A DNA stretch of 64,000 nt from an uncultured bacterium (GCA_963848635.1 CAWKEA010000005.1:352585-416584), one strand, 5' to 3'; shown: positions 8,444 to 18,649, numbered from the stretch's first letter. The notes: generated by a model not told the origin, from the sequence alone. Made by a program: numbers and translations.

Positions 8444-9859
8444 TTATTTTCCCTTCCCTTTTTCCTTCTTTTCCTTTAACTGGAGGCCGAGCTCGTCGAG
8501 CTGTTTTGGAGATATCTCGGCTGGCGCTTTCATCATGAGGTCCTTGCCTTCGCCGTTCTTTGGGAAAGCGATGACTTCGCGGATGTTCGGCTCGTTCTCG
8601 AGGAGCATGACGGTGCGGTCGATGCCGGGAGCAAAGCCGCCGTGCGGAGGCGTGCCGTAGGTGAAGGCTTCGAGCATGTGGCCGAAGCGGGCCTTTTGGT
8701 CTTCGGACGAAATATTGAGATATTCGAAAACTTTTTGTTGCATCGCCGCCTGGTGGATACGGATCGAACCAGAGCTGAGCTCATAGCCGTTCAAAACAAG
8801 GTCATACGAGTTGGCGCGCACCGAAAAGATATCCTTGCCGGTCATGAATTTTTCGGTGTCTTCCTCCTTGATCGAGCAGAATGGATGATGCGCCGCCTGA
8901 ATGTTCCCTTCCTTATCCTTTTCAAACATCGGAAAATCAACGATCCACGCGAAGGCGAGCTCGTCCGGGTCTGCCTTGTCCTTGCGCAAATCAGGCTTGT
9001 CGGAGCCGTATTTTTCCATCGATTCCTTGTAGGTCAAGATAGGAAAAGGGGTCGAGGTGATCTTCTTGTTCGGATAGAGCTTTTGGACTAATTCGATGAA
9101 CATCGCCTCGGTATACGAAAGGACGTCCTCGCGCGTGACGAACGACATCTCGAAGTCGAGCTGGGTGAATTCAGGCTGGCGGTCGCCGCGGCTGTCCTCG
9201 TCGCGCATGCAACGAGCGATTTGGAAGTACTTCTCGAAGCCCGCAACCATGAGGAGCTGTTTGAATTGCTGAGGCGATTGCGGCAGAACATAGAATTTGC
9301 CGTTCTCGAGGCGGGACGGCACGACATATTCACGCGATCCCTCAGGTGTGCCTTTCATCAAAATAGGCGTCTCGATCTCGACGAAATCATGCTTGTGCAT
9401 GTATTCCCTGAAAAAAGTGATGATCTTGTCGCGATTGCGGATGTTTTTTTGCATCCTTGTGCGGCGCAGGTCGAGGTACCGGTATTGGAGGCGCAGTTCT
9501 TCATTGAAATCCACTCCGTCGCCTTTGATATCAATCGGTGGCGTAACAGCCGAGTTGAGGACTTTTATTTCGAGCATCTCGAGCTCAACAGCGCCATTCG
9601 CATCGTTTTTATTCACTGTTTTTGGAGGTCTCTCATTTACTTTTCCTTTTACCTCAACAACCCATTCGGATCTGAGGGACGAAGCGACAACCCCGACCTC
9701 CTTGTGATTCGGCAAAGCGACTGCCTGGACGCGGCCGGTCATGTCGCGAAGGTCCAAAAAGATGAGCTTGCCCATGTCGCGGCGCACGTCGACCCAGCCT
9801 TTGATAATGATCTCCTTGCCAATATTAGCAGGGATGTCTTTGATATATGTTCGGTTCAT
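8444..9859 (-). CDS. aspS: aspartyl-tRNA synthetase, short form without GAD domain
   Basis: OB-fold N-terminus, LQYRYLDLRR, TPEGSR, LPQSPQQFKQ, DRQPEFTQLD, PPHGGFAPGIDR. Confidence 0.95.
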   Translation of the reverse strand: MNRTYIKDIPANIGKEIIIKGWVDVRRDMGKLIFLDLRDMTGRVQAVALPNHKEVGVVASSLRSEWVVEVKGKVNERPPKTVNKNDANGAVELEMLEIKVLNSAVTPPIDIKGDGVDFNEELRLQYRYLDLRRTRMQKNIRNRDKIITFFREYMHKHDFVEIETPILMKGTPEGSREYVVPSRLENGKFYVLPQSPQQFKQLLMVAGFEKYFQIARCMRDEDSRGDRQPEFTQLDFEMSFVTREDVLSYTEAMFIELVQKLYPNKKITSTPFPILTYKESMEKYGSDKPDLRKDKADPDELAFAWIVDFPMFEKDKEGNIQAAHHPFCSIKEEDTEKFMTGKDIFSVRANSYDLVLNGYELSSGSIRIHQAAMQQKVFEYLNISSEDQKARFGHMLEAFTYGTPPHGGFAPGIDRTVMLLENEPNIREVIAFPKNGEGKDLMMKAPAEISPKQLDELGLQLKEKKEKGKGK

Positions 9860-9947
9860 GGGACGTATCGTAGCATGAATAAACCTTAAATTAAAGTAAG
9901 ACAAAAAAACCCTGCTGGTCCTGCTCGGTCATGGCTCCCTCGAGCGC

Positions 9948-11546
9948 TTATGCCGCAGGCAATTCGACGATGAATTTTGAGCCTTTGCCTTCGCCCGCTG
10001 ATTCGGCCCAGACGCGGCCATGGTGGGCGTTGACGATCTCGCGCACGATGAAAAGTCCGAGGCCAGTGCCGTGGATGTTCTGCTTGTTGGCATTATCGGC
10101 ACGGGAGAATTTCTGGAAAAGCTTCGGCATGACCAGGGGCGCGATGCCGATGCCGGTATCCGTGACGCTGAATCGTATAGGTATGGTGCCGTCCTTGTTC
10201 GGCACGCGCCCGAGAGCGACCGCAAGTGAGCCCGACGGCGTATATTTGACCGAATTGTCTATGATATTGGCAACGACTTGCTTTAGCTTGTCAGGATCGG
10301 CCGAGACCGTCCATGGGCCTTCGCCGATCGTTTTGAAATCGAATTTCAAGCCTGCTTTATCGATATTCGGCTTCAATTCTGCCACGACATCGCTGACGAG
10401 CGTCTTCATGTCGAGCGGCTCAAGTTCGTATTTCATACTGCCGAGCTCGATGCGGGAGACGTTCAAATAATCGTCGACGACCGACGTCATCGTTTTCGCC
10501 GATTCGAACATGCGCGACACTGCATCGCTCACTTTCCCGGAAACCTCTCCGAGGTCGCCTTCGACGATGAGCGAGGCGTAGCCTTTCATGGCTGTGAGCG
10601 GCGCGCGCAACTGGTGGCTGGCGAACGAGATGAACTCCGTCTTCTGGACATCGAGCTCGCGCAGGCGGTCGTTGGCTTTTTGGAAGTCGATAGTTAATTT
10701 TTCAGCTTTTTCTCGAGATTCTACTTCTTTGATGACACTCCTTATGAGAAAGATGCCGAGCAGGACTGACAAAAGGAAGATGCCTGTATCAAAGACTATC
10801 TCCAGCATATCGTTCGCAAAAAAGATCCTGATCACTAAAACGATCCAAATGAACAGTGTTAAGATCTGCGTTAGGATGTTCTTTGAATTGAGAAACTTTT
10901 GCCAAAATATGAGATAAAATATGGCAAGAATACAAGGAAATATCATTACATTCGCCAATGGCAAGACCTCGATCCCAAATACCGGAAGATACGACGAGCA
11001 ACCCCCGATGAATGCCACGGTAAAGATAACGAATAGATATCGGATCCTCATTCTCTCTGAAGGGTCGCTCGATGAGATGTATTTTTTGAACAGAAGATAT
11101 ATCGAATATGCCGACATGATCACGAACAGTACGATAAAGCTCGTAAAGATATCGGACCTGCCGATATAGTAAAAAGAATTGAATGCGTATCTCACATTGG
11201 TGACGTACAGATTGGTAAAGACATCGAAATACAGGTAGATCCCTCCCGAAAGATATACGAGCGCCAATATCGCTTTTTGGCGTATCTTGAGATACTCGAC
11301 GATGAAGTTGAAGAAAAATACCGGTATGAGGATCACGCCGATTTCTGCCACTTTCCACCAAAATAGCGCATCGGGTTCCAAGGTCGATGTCGCGATCTTG
11401 TAAATGCCAAAGCCCCAGAACGCGACGGCAAGCGAGAAAGCGCTCCAGATGTAATGCTCCAGCTTCTTGCCGCTGATGATGCCATACAGGCCGAGCATCG
11501 TCGAAGAGAATAATATTATCAATCCCACTATTGCGAAAGAGTTCAT
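9948..11546 (-). CDS. sensor histidine kinase with N-terminal multi-TM (HisKA_7TM-like) sensor (HK1)
   Basis: Hydrophobic N-terminal half; ASHQLRAPL H-box, NSVKYT, DTGIGI, GTGLGL. Confidence 0.92.
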   Translation of the reverse strand: MNSFAIVGLIILFSSTMLGLYGIISGKKLEHYIWSAFSLAVAFWGFGIYKIATSTLEPDALFWWKVAEIGVILIPVFFFNFIVEYLKIRQKAILALVYLSGGIYLYFDVFTNLYVTNVRYAFNSFYYIGRSDIFTSFIVLFVIMSAYSIYLLFKKYISSSDPSERMRIRYLFVIFTVAFIGGCSSYLPVFGIEVLPLANVMIFPCILAIFYLIFWQKFLNSKNILTQILTLFIWIVLVIRIFFANDMLEIVFDTGIFLLSVLLGIFLIRSVIKEVESREKAEKLTIDFQKANDRLRELDVQKTEFISFASHQLRAPLTAMKGYASLIVEGDLGEVSGKVSDAVSRMFESAKTMTSVVDDYLNVSRIELGSMKYELEPLDMKTLVSDVVAELKPNIDKAGLKFDFKTIGEGPWTVSADPDKLKQVVANIIDNSVKYTPSGSLAVALGRVPNKDGTIPIRFSVTDTGIGIAPLVMPKLFQKFSRADNANKQNIHGTGLGLFIVREIVNAHHGRVWAESAGEGKGSKFIVELPAA

Positions 11547-12706
11547 GTGGTGATATGGAAGCCGTCCTCGGGCACTTTGGTTATTATATTGCCTCTACCC
11601 TGCGATATCTTTGTGCCGTTCGGTATCTCCCGCCCAGGCGCGACAACACAGCCACCACCGAGATACACGTCGTCACCGAGACAGCAGCCTAGGAATGTAG
11701 AGCCGGTATCGATTTTTTTCCCTTTATCTATGACAGTAATATTTTTGTGATCAAACCGAAAATCGGTGAGAACTGCCCCTGACCCGACAAAACACCTCTC
11801 GCCAACAAGGCTCGCAGATAAAAAATGTGTCACTGAAAAAACCTCAGACATGAAGACCGACTGTAGGATGTGTCCGTTTAATATGACACATTTGTCGCCT
11901 ATCACTGATGATTCGACGGTAACCGAATTTCCTAAGATTGAATCATTTCCTATCACAGAGTGCCTTACGACGGTATTCGCTCCAATAATCACATTATCTC
12001 CAATGATTGATCCTTCGACGTACGCTGTATGGTGTATATCGCAATTCTTTCCAATCGTATTCATCGTGCTCAAAATTTTCCATTTGTTGCGCGACATTTT
12101 TGTGACGGCAGACAAGAACAAACGTATTTTCTTGTTCTCCTCGACTTCTTTGAGGTGCGACAAGATATTAATTAAATTTGCTGACCACAGATTTGACCAA
12201 TGATGCATCTCAACAATCATTCTCGTGTCATAAGGCGCAACATATTTACCATCGATACACATATGCTCAGGAAAGACGAGAGTTTGTGTCGAGACATCTA
12301 GATCAAACAAAATGGGCTGAACCTCCTGTCGAGATAATGGACGGACATATGAGAGACCGTATTGTATGTGCCCACCCACATCTCTTGAGTTTTGCGTCGC
12401 AACAATCGTTTTTGCAGTATAGTTCCCTTTTTTGACAGTGCATATGGTGCTTGTAGCCATATTTTTTGAACGATCAGTGAACTCTTTGAAAAGTGCTTTG
12501 GTTAAGAAAACACTGCCGTCAAGAATAATATGATCATTCAGATCATCGATCTGTGATATCGATTCCTTTCGCTCATATTGAAAACCAAGCGACATCGCAC
12601 AAGCAATTTGATGATCAAGGATTGACAGGTTTCCAACCATAACATCAGCTGCCGATCTTCCAAACGGGCTGATTTTGTTGCTGTTTGTGATAATGTAAAC
12701 TTTCAT
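11543..12706 (-). CDS. GlmU-like protein with left-handed beta-helix (hexapeptide) acyltransferase domain
   Basis: IGKNCDI/IGDNVII/IGNDSIL/IGDKCVI repeats, DFRFD...DTG..FLGCCLGDDVYLG; ATGA overlap with HK1. Confidence 0.75.
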   Translation of the reverse strand: MKVYIITNSNKISPFGRSAADVMVGNLSILDHQIACAMSLGFQYERKESISQIDDLNDHIILDGSVFLTKALFKEFTDRSKNMATSTICTVKKGNYTAKTIVATQNSRDVGGHIQYGLSYVRPLSRQEVQPILFDLDVSTQTLVFPEHMCIDGKYVAPYDTRMIVEMHHWSNLWSANLINILSHLKEVEENKKIRLFLSAVTKMSRNKWKILSTMNTIGKNCDIHHTAYVEGSIIGDNVIIGANTVVRHSVIGNDSILGNSVTVESSVIGDKCVILNGHILQSVFMSEVFSVTHFLSASLVGERCFVGSGAVLTDFRFDHKNITVIDKGKKIDTGSTFLGCCLGDDVYLGGGCVVAPGREIPNGTKISQGRGNIITKVPEDGFHITT

Positions 12707-12796
12707 GATTGAAACTGAGCGTCATAATTTATTGATAACTCAATAATCGATCAAGGCGTTCCCCTCATATCAGTCCTCATTAGTATATCATTTATA

Positions 12797-13915
12797 TCAC
12801 AGATTGGTTGTGACTTTAGAATCGATTTCGAATCTTTTTTTAAATGAGTTAACCAATTCGTATATATAACTATCACTAAAATCAAAATATGTATCAGTAT
12901 CGACACCAATAACGCTCTTGACATTGCTTTGATCATACGACGCATGTTTGAGCATGTACCACTTGAAATATTTAATCTTTCTCGCCACAGATCTGAGAGG
13001 TTTTATGCATGAACCGCAAAAGATGAACAATGATAAATAAGGCAGTGCAAGAAATCTTGGAACACCAATAACTGGGATTTTTATGGCAAGTGCCTGAAAA
13101 GTCTGTTTGAGAATATCTCCTACAAAAAAGGGCTTCGGATTGGTTATGTGAAATATCTTTCGCGAAGATTTTTGACTTTTTGATATTTCAAGCATCAATC
13201 GTACTGCAATATCTATTGGCATAAGATTCAGTAAGGAATTTGAACAATAAATAACAGGAATGGGTAGTAAAATATTTTTTTTATCAGAAAGATTCATTGA
13301 CTTCCTCAAGTATATAAGACTTTGGACAAAAGAGTAGTACCCAAAATTGCTTATCCGTTCAACATTGTGATCTATTAATATACTCAATCTGAATATCACA
13401 GCGTCGACGTCTGCGGTATTTTGTACAAGCAATTCTGCGTCGTATTTACTTTCCTCATAGGGGTTGTTAAAGATAGCAGGTCTTTCTCCTATTTTTTCAA
13501 ATTCAAGCCCTGAACTTCGCCCGTGGACATATGCAGTGCTCATGTAATATAAGCGACATTTGAAATGTCGTGCTACAGCAAGCATCGATTTTGCTCCGCC
13601 GATATTAGTTTTGAAAACCCGTTCCTTATTTTCAGTTTTAAAACTCAAGTCAGCCGCCAGATGCCATATTCCATCGATATTACCGATCGGTATGACTGAT
13701 TTCAAAAGCTCTTCTGGATCAGACGATATATCAGCCTCAATATATTTTATACGTCCAGGAATATAGTCGCCAATATTTTTTGAAATTCTGTTTTCCAAAG
13801 AAACTCCATTTTTCGATCTGCCAAGAAAAATAATAGTATTCCCTTCCGCTAAAAGTTTTTTTGAAAGATATGATCCAAGAAAGCCTGTCCCCCCTGTTAA
13901 TAAATAAGTTTTCAC
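12797..13915 (-). CDS. extended SDR / fatty-acyl (thioester) reductase-like oxidoreductase
   Basis: TGGTGFLG, HLAA, STAYVHG, YEESK; likely GTG start at 13915 (alternative ATG 13969). Confidence 0.85.
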   Translation of the reverse strand: MKTYLLTGGTGFLGSYLSKKLLAEGNTIIFLGRSKNGVSLENRISKNIGDYIPGRIKYIEADISSDPEELLKSVIPIGNIDGIWHLAADLSFKTENKERVFKTNIGGAKSMLAVARHFKCRLYYMSTAYVHGRSSGLEFEKIGERPAIFNNPYEESKYDAELLVQNTADVDAVIFRLSILIDHNVERISNFGYYSFVQSLIYLRKSMNLSDKKNILLPIPVIYCSNSLLNLMPIDIAVRLMLEISKSQKSSRKIFHITNPKPFFVGDILKQTFQALAIKIPVIGVPRFLALPYLSLFIFCGSCIKPLRSVARKIKYFKWYMLKHASYDQSNVKSVIGVDTDTYFDFSDSYIYELVNSFKKRFEIDSKVTTNL

Positions 13916-14097
13916 TCTTAAATAATAACAAATACGAATGAATGCGGCCATTGGTGTTTTGTGTTTCATCTTACAGATCGAAATAAGTAAAAACAGATGA
14001 GTCTTTTATCTAATTCTATACATAACTAAAAAACATTCTCATTTCGTTATTATTTATGACTCTGGAAAGTATTCAATAAGGTGTATAATTGCAGATT

Positions 14098-15774
14098 ATG
14101 GATATATCCATATATTCGACGATTATCTGGATAACAGCAATAACTATAGCTAGTCTTGATCTAGTTATAATTATAGGAAGTAAGAGTTTGTCATCTTGGA
14201 CATTTGCACTACTAAGTTTTATTACAGCAGTGTGGGTGACTTCTCAGGGATTTTTTGTCTCTATATCTGACCCTGCATTAGCAAATTTACTCATTCGTTT
14301 GCAATATGTTTTAGGTCTATCAATAGCTATTGGTTTCTACCAATTTTCAATTATCTACCCTCACAATAAAAAAATCCGTCTAATATCAATAATATTAACG
14401 TTAAGTATAATTGCCTGCTTTTCTTACTTATATATATTTACTGATCTATTTATTATAAGTATTTATCGAAATGGGAGTATCGCTCGTTGGGCATGGAATT
14501 TTGGAAATCTACATTTGCTTTTTGACTTAGTTTTTTGCTCGCTTTGGATCAATGCATTATGGCGACTATATTTTACTTATCGAGAATCAGAAGGTATTTT
14601 AAAAATAAATCTTAGAACCATGTTCTTTGGATTATTACTTGGAATAATTCCACCTACACTCGCAAATATAATATTGCCCACATTAGGATACTACGAATTC
14701 AATTGGATTGGTCCAATTACGAGCGCCATTTGGATTTTAATCATTGGTTATTCAGTTGTTCGTTATCGCCAAATGAATGTTCGCACAGTCATCACAGAAG
14801 TCTTAGCGATCGCTATAACATCGATATTCTTTATAAACATATTTATTGGAGTAAATCCAAATATAGCATTACGTATATTTATATTCTGTGTATTTATTAT
14901 ATTGGCCTATTACCTCATAAAAATATCCCTGCGCGAATCACGCCAAAAAGAGCAATTATCCGACCTCAACCTCCACCTCTCGCAAAAAGTGGCGGAGCAG
15001 ACAGCGGACATACAGCGCGCGTATGAAGCGGAAAAGAAAGCTCGTCGCGATCTGGAAAAGCTCAATGACAGCAAGAACCAATTCATCATGATCACCCAGC
15101 ATCACTTGCGCGCGCCGACGACGACCATCGACCGGGAGTTGGAAGCCATGCAGAGCGGCGCTTGCGGTGAGATCACACCGGAGCAAAGAACATCCATCCG
15201 GAATGCGCGCTCGGCTTCACAGCGGCTCTCGCACATCATCGACGACTTTCTCAAGATCGCCGCCTTGAAGCCTGGCGGGAGCATGTTGAACTTGTCGCGG
15301 CAGAGCCTCTTGCCGGCCATCGATGACATCCTCGACGAGCTCAAATTGGACCTTGCCAGACTGCACATCAGCGTGAATTATTCGCGCGACGCCACCGATT
15401 GGCTAGAGCTTTCCGTCGATTTCACCAAGATGCGCGAGATCCTCCTTATCGTCATGGAAAACGCCGTCAAATACAACTGCGACCGCGGATCGATCGACGT
15501 CACCACGCGCACGCACACAGGTATGTTCGAGATTTCGATAAAGAATTCCGGCATCGGCATCACCCGCGAAGAAGCCGAAAAGATCGGTTCCGCCGTCTGT
15601 TATCGCGGTAACTGCGCGCGCTCGCAGAACCCGACCGGCATGGGCATCGGCCTCTCGGTGGTAAAAGCGATCGTCCGCGCGCATCACGGAACATTTTCGA
15701 TCGCTTCTCGTGGCAAGGGAAAAGGCGCACTTGTGGTCATTTCCCTGCCCTTGAAACAGACGTTTGGGGAGTGA
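14098..15774 (+). CDS. sensor histidine kinase with N-terminal multi-TM sensor (HK2)
   Basis: TM-rich N-terminus; TQHHLRAP H-box, ENAVKYN, NSGIGI, GMGIGL. Confidence 0.9.
   Translation: MDISIYSTIIWITAITIASLDLVIIIGSKSLSSWTFALLSFITAVWVTSQGFFVSISDPALANLLIRLQYVLGLSIAIGFYQFSIIYPHNKKIRLISIILTLSIIACFSYLYIFTDLFIISIYRNGSIARWAWNFGNLHLLFDLVFCSLWINALWRLYFTYRESEGILKINLRTMFFGLLLGIIPPTLANIILPTLGYYEFNWIGPITSAIWILIIGYSVVRYRQMNVRTVITEVLAIAITSIFFINIFIGVNPNIALRIFIFCVFIILAYYLIKISLRESRQKEQLSDLNLHLSQKVAEQTADIQRAYEAEKKARRDLEKLNDSKNQFIMITQHHLRAPTTTIDRELEAMQSGACGEITPEQRTSIRNARSASQRLSHIIDDFLKIAALKPGGSMLNLSRQSLLPAIDDILDELKLDLARLHISVNYSRDATDWLELSVDFTKMREILLIVMENAVKYNCDRGSIDVTTRTHTGMFEISIKNSGIGITREEAEKIGSAVCYRGNCARSQNPTGMGIGLSVVKAIVRAHHGTFSIASRGKGKGALVVISLPLKQTFGE
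15699..15774 (+). repeat. HK2 3' end, copy 1 of a 76-bp imperfect direct repeat
   Basis: 62/76 identical by hand alignment to 18542-18617, codon-aligned, including the stop. Confidence 0.9.
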
Positions 15775-15803
15775 ACAAGTCGCGGCCATCCTCAATTTTT
15801 ATA

Positions 15804-16502
15804 TCATTTTAAAATCAATTCTAAATTTGACTCATTTATATCGTTCAATGAATGTGCCATCGGAAGTCTGTAAACTATTGGAGAATATTTTTTAACTAAA
15901 AAATCAATCTCAGTTGGCGGTATTACATTGTCTTGTAAACCAATAACAACAGTTAAATCACTACTTTCCGTCGGATATTTAACGCTTTTCAATTCCTTTA
16001 TTATTTTTGATACATTAAGTCGATAAACATTAGGATAGCCCCTATAGAGAAACTGAAATGTATGTTCCAAGTCTTCTCCACTGCCGCCAGCTGTATGATA
16101 TGCCATATTTACAAAAGGGCACACTAATATTTTCTTTGCATTGCTTTTAGACAGTAAAACTGGTAAAGCTCCAAAACTAAAACCAATTAAATAAACCGGT
16201 AAATTACTTTGCCACAACACTTCAGACGTATTAAAAGATTCGGTGGCTTTACCTAATTTAATTATTTCTAGTGTCTGATCAATTGTTTTGATGCAATTTT
16301 TAAGAGAAAAGTTACCATCACTCTCCCAACTACCAATATATCTTGGAGTAAAGATGTTATATCCCATTTCAGAGAACTTTTTTATAACAGAATGGTGCTT
16401 ATCAATATATTGTGGCAAACCAGGAGAAATGATGACATTCCCCTTATTGCCATTAAGCCATAGACCAATCAGTGTGTTTTTAAACTTAATCCTTAATTCC
16501 AT
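15804..16502 (-). CDS. alpha/beta hydrolase-fold protein
   Basis: SPGLP, PRYIGSWESDG, GFSFGA, GLQDNVI, AH. Confidence 0.75.
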   Translation of the reverse strand: MELRIKFKNTLIGLWLNGNKGNVIISPGLPQYIDKHHSVIKKFSEMGYNIFTPRYIGSWESDGNFSLKNCIKTIDQTLEIIKLGKATESFNTSEVLWQSNLPVYLIGFSFGALPVLLSKSNAKKILVCPFVNMAYHTAGGSGEDLEHTFQFLYRGYPNVYRLNVSKIIKELKSVKYPTESSDLTVVIGLQDNVIPPTEIDFLVKKYSPIVYRLPMAHSLNDINESNLELILK

Positions 16503-17730
16503 AATATTGACCAAAATATAAAAATCTTAACTCATTCAAAAAAGACTTCTCATTTGGATGAATAGATCTATTTGGTAATTTATTTTCTAATAATTTTATT
16601 ATCATAACCATTTTATCATAAGCTATACCATAATAAAAATTATTTATAGCTTCAAGTAATTCCTTTTTAAGCTCTACAAAGCTAGCGGATAAAGGCGAAA
16701 ATAGCTCATATTTTAAAATAGTATCTATTCTCTCTCTTAATATCTCCTGCTCCTTAAGACTATTTTTAATAGTTTCAAAATTAATAATGACATCTTTTGA
16801 AACATTTCTTTTAAGGAAAAAAGATCGCAGATAACTTGGGGACAGTTCATTGAATAAGTTTGTCACCTCTTCGATATTGTTTTGCCACTTAAATTTTCTA
16901 CCATATTTATCAAGAAGAACACCATGACACACAATGTTAGTAGGAAGAAATTTGCTTGGCAAATGACATAAAGAATAATAGCTGAATTTCTTTATTATAT
17001 CACCATGAAAATATATTCTTTTAGAATACGTGCCTTGAACAAGGGCCGGAGTAAGCATAACTATGAAGCGAGGATCCAAACTATAACCATCATACGTAAT
17101 CGTATATTCTCTATTCTTAGTAAGACAGATATTATATTTTTCAGGCATCAGGTTACAAAATGTGACCAATTCTTTTTTAGCTCCAATTGGATAGATTTTT
17201 ATTCTTGATATTGTTTCCAGAATTTCATTTTTTGATATTTTTTGGTAGATAACGTTTTGATCTTTCATATCAACACTTCCGCCACATATTTTACACAAGG
17301 TAATCGTTACGTCTGTACCAAAATCAGAATTACATTTATTGCAAGTCGCAATTGGGATTGATCCTTTTATAATATTTGACTTGCAATGCATATTAACGAA
17401 ATCGGAAAGAATTGTGCTTATTTTATCATCTCTGATTTGTTCGTCAAAATCTATACAATATTTTTTTAATGCTTTAACGCCTTCTTGTATGCATTTATCA
17501 ACGAATTCTTCTCTCGTAGTTTTCGAGACAATTATGTTTTCCCTTTGCATCATTTTCAAAACTGGTAACCCATTTACATTCCAAAGCAATGGGAGACAAA
17601 CTTTTATATCCTGGAAGCGTCGTGATTTTACATAAAAATCCATCAGGATTAAATCGTAAATATTGCCCGGACTCAGTACTTTTTTCACTTGTACTGGAGC
17701 CATTATGACTATTTCATTTTCTAGTTCCAT
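16486..17730 (-). CDS. degenerate class Ia aminoacyl-tRNA synthetase-like protein
   Basis: SPGN in place of HIGH, WNVNGLP, CxxC...CxxC knuckle, HGDII, HGVLLDKYGRKFKW in place of KMSKS, helical C-terminus. Confidence 0.65.
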   Translation of the reverse strand: MELENEIVIMAPVQVKKVLSPGNIYDLILMDFYVKSRRFQDIKVCLPLLWNVNGLPVLKMMQRENIIVSKTTREEFVDKCIQEGVKALKKYCIDFDEQIRDDKISTILSDFVNMHCKSNIIKGSIPIATCNKCNSDFGTDVTITLCKICGGSVDMKDQNVIYQKISKNEILETISRIKIYPIGAKKELVTFCNLMPEKYNICLTKNREYTITYDGYSLDPRFIVMLTPALVQGTYSKRIYFHGDIIKKFSYYSLCHLPSKFLPTNIVCHGVLLDKYGRKFKWQNNIEEVTNLFNELSPSYLRSFFLKRNVSKDVIINFETIKNSLKEQEILRERIDTILKYELFSPLSASFVELKKELLEAINNFYYGIAYDKMVMIIKLLENKLPNRSIHPNEKSFLNELRFLYFGQYYGIKD

Positions 17731-18457
17731 ATATTTTTCTGTATTCTTTAGTTATGGACAACTGCAATTCAGAAAGAAAATTATATGCCATACTAAGACC
17801 TGACATTGTAATGTCATTAGTATGTTCAGATTTGTATTCCAAAAATATGCTTGGATCAATTTTCTGAGGAAACATCTTATGAAAAGTCTGCGAAGCTTCT
17901 TTTCTTGTTTCTGGATATATCTTCCAAAATGCTAGATAATACATGACACCATAAATGCACCATTTCATCATTGTGATTCGTTTTTTTGCATTCAGATCAC
18001 TGTTTACGAGCAGCTTCCGAGCTTGATACGTCAAGGAGCTAATAACTCTTACCACTTCAAGACGCAGATCATCGAGATTAATGTTTTTATTTTCAAATGA
18101 ATTTTTTCCAATCAATTGTCTACCATACATAGACAACTCAATCTGCATGTATAAAGATCTGTTGTTATGCCAAAAAGTTTCTTTTCTTCTCTTGGGCGTT
18201 TCATTATACGTATGAACATTAAAATCTAAATCAAAACCACTCGAATCGTATTTTTCTTTGATTTTCCTTAATATTTTTAATGATTCATTGTCAGCGATTT
18301 TGAGAACTATTAGTATGTCTATATCACTTAGAAAGCAATAATCATCAGACAATGAGCTTCCGTAAACAACAGCGCTTACAATATTTTCTTTCAACAACTT
18401 TTTAAGATGAATTTTTATCGGCAATAATATATTCTCCCTCTCTTCTAAACTATGCAT
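17714..18457 (-). CDS. Pol-beta superfamily nucleotidyltransferase
   Basis: VVYGSS...SDIDILIV (GS..DxD) plus helical C-terminal domain. Confidence 0.8.
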   Translation of the reverse strand: MHSLEERENILLPIKIHLKKLLKENIVSAVVYGSSLSDDYCFLSDIDILIVLKIADNESLKILRKIKEKYDSSGFDLDFNVHTYNETPKRRKETFWHNNRSLYMQIELSMYGRQLIGKNSFENKNINLDDLRLEVVRVISSLTYQARKLLVNSDLNAKKRITMMKWCIYGVMYYLAFWKIYPETRKEASQTFHKMFPQKIDPSIFLEYKSEHTNDITMSGLSMAYNFLSELQLSITKEYRKIYGTRK

Positions 18458-18541
18458 ATTAGTATTATACATATAAAAATCTAACTTGCTATTTGCACAA
18501 TCAACAAGCACATTTTCAATTTTTAAGACATTTCCTTTTTT

Positions 18542-18617
18542 GATCATGTCACGTGGCAAGAAAAAAGGCGCGCTCACGACCATTTCCCTGCCCTTGAAAC
18601 AGGCGTTTGAGGAGTGA
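18542..18617 (+). repeat. orphan copy of the HK2 3' end (copy 2)
   Basis: Encodes IMSRGKKKGALTTISLPLKQAFEE* versus IASRGKGKGALVVISLPLKQTFGE* in HK2. Confidence 0.9.
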
Positions 18618-18649
18618 GGACAAGAGAAAAGATACTCAAAACCGATTCC

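Noticed and set aside
7959-9889. Long antisense or alternate-frame ORFs over aspS, ribosomal genes, tuf, fusA and pilB
   Set aside because: Shadow ORFs of GC-rich coding sequence with no motifs
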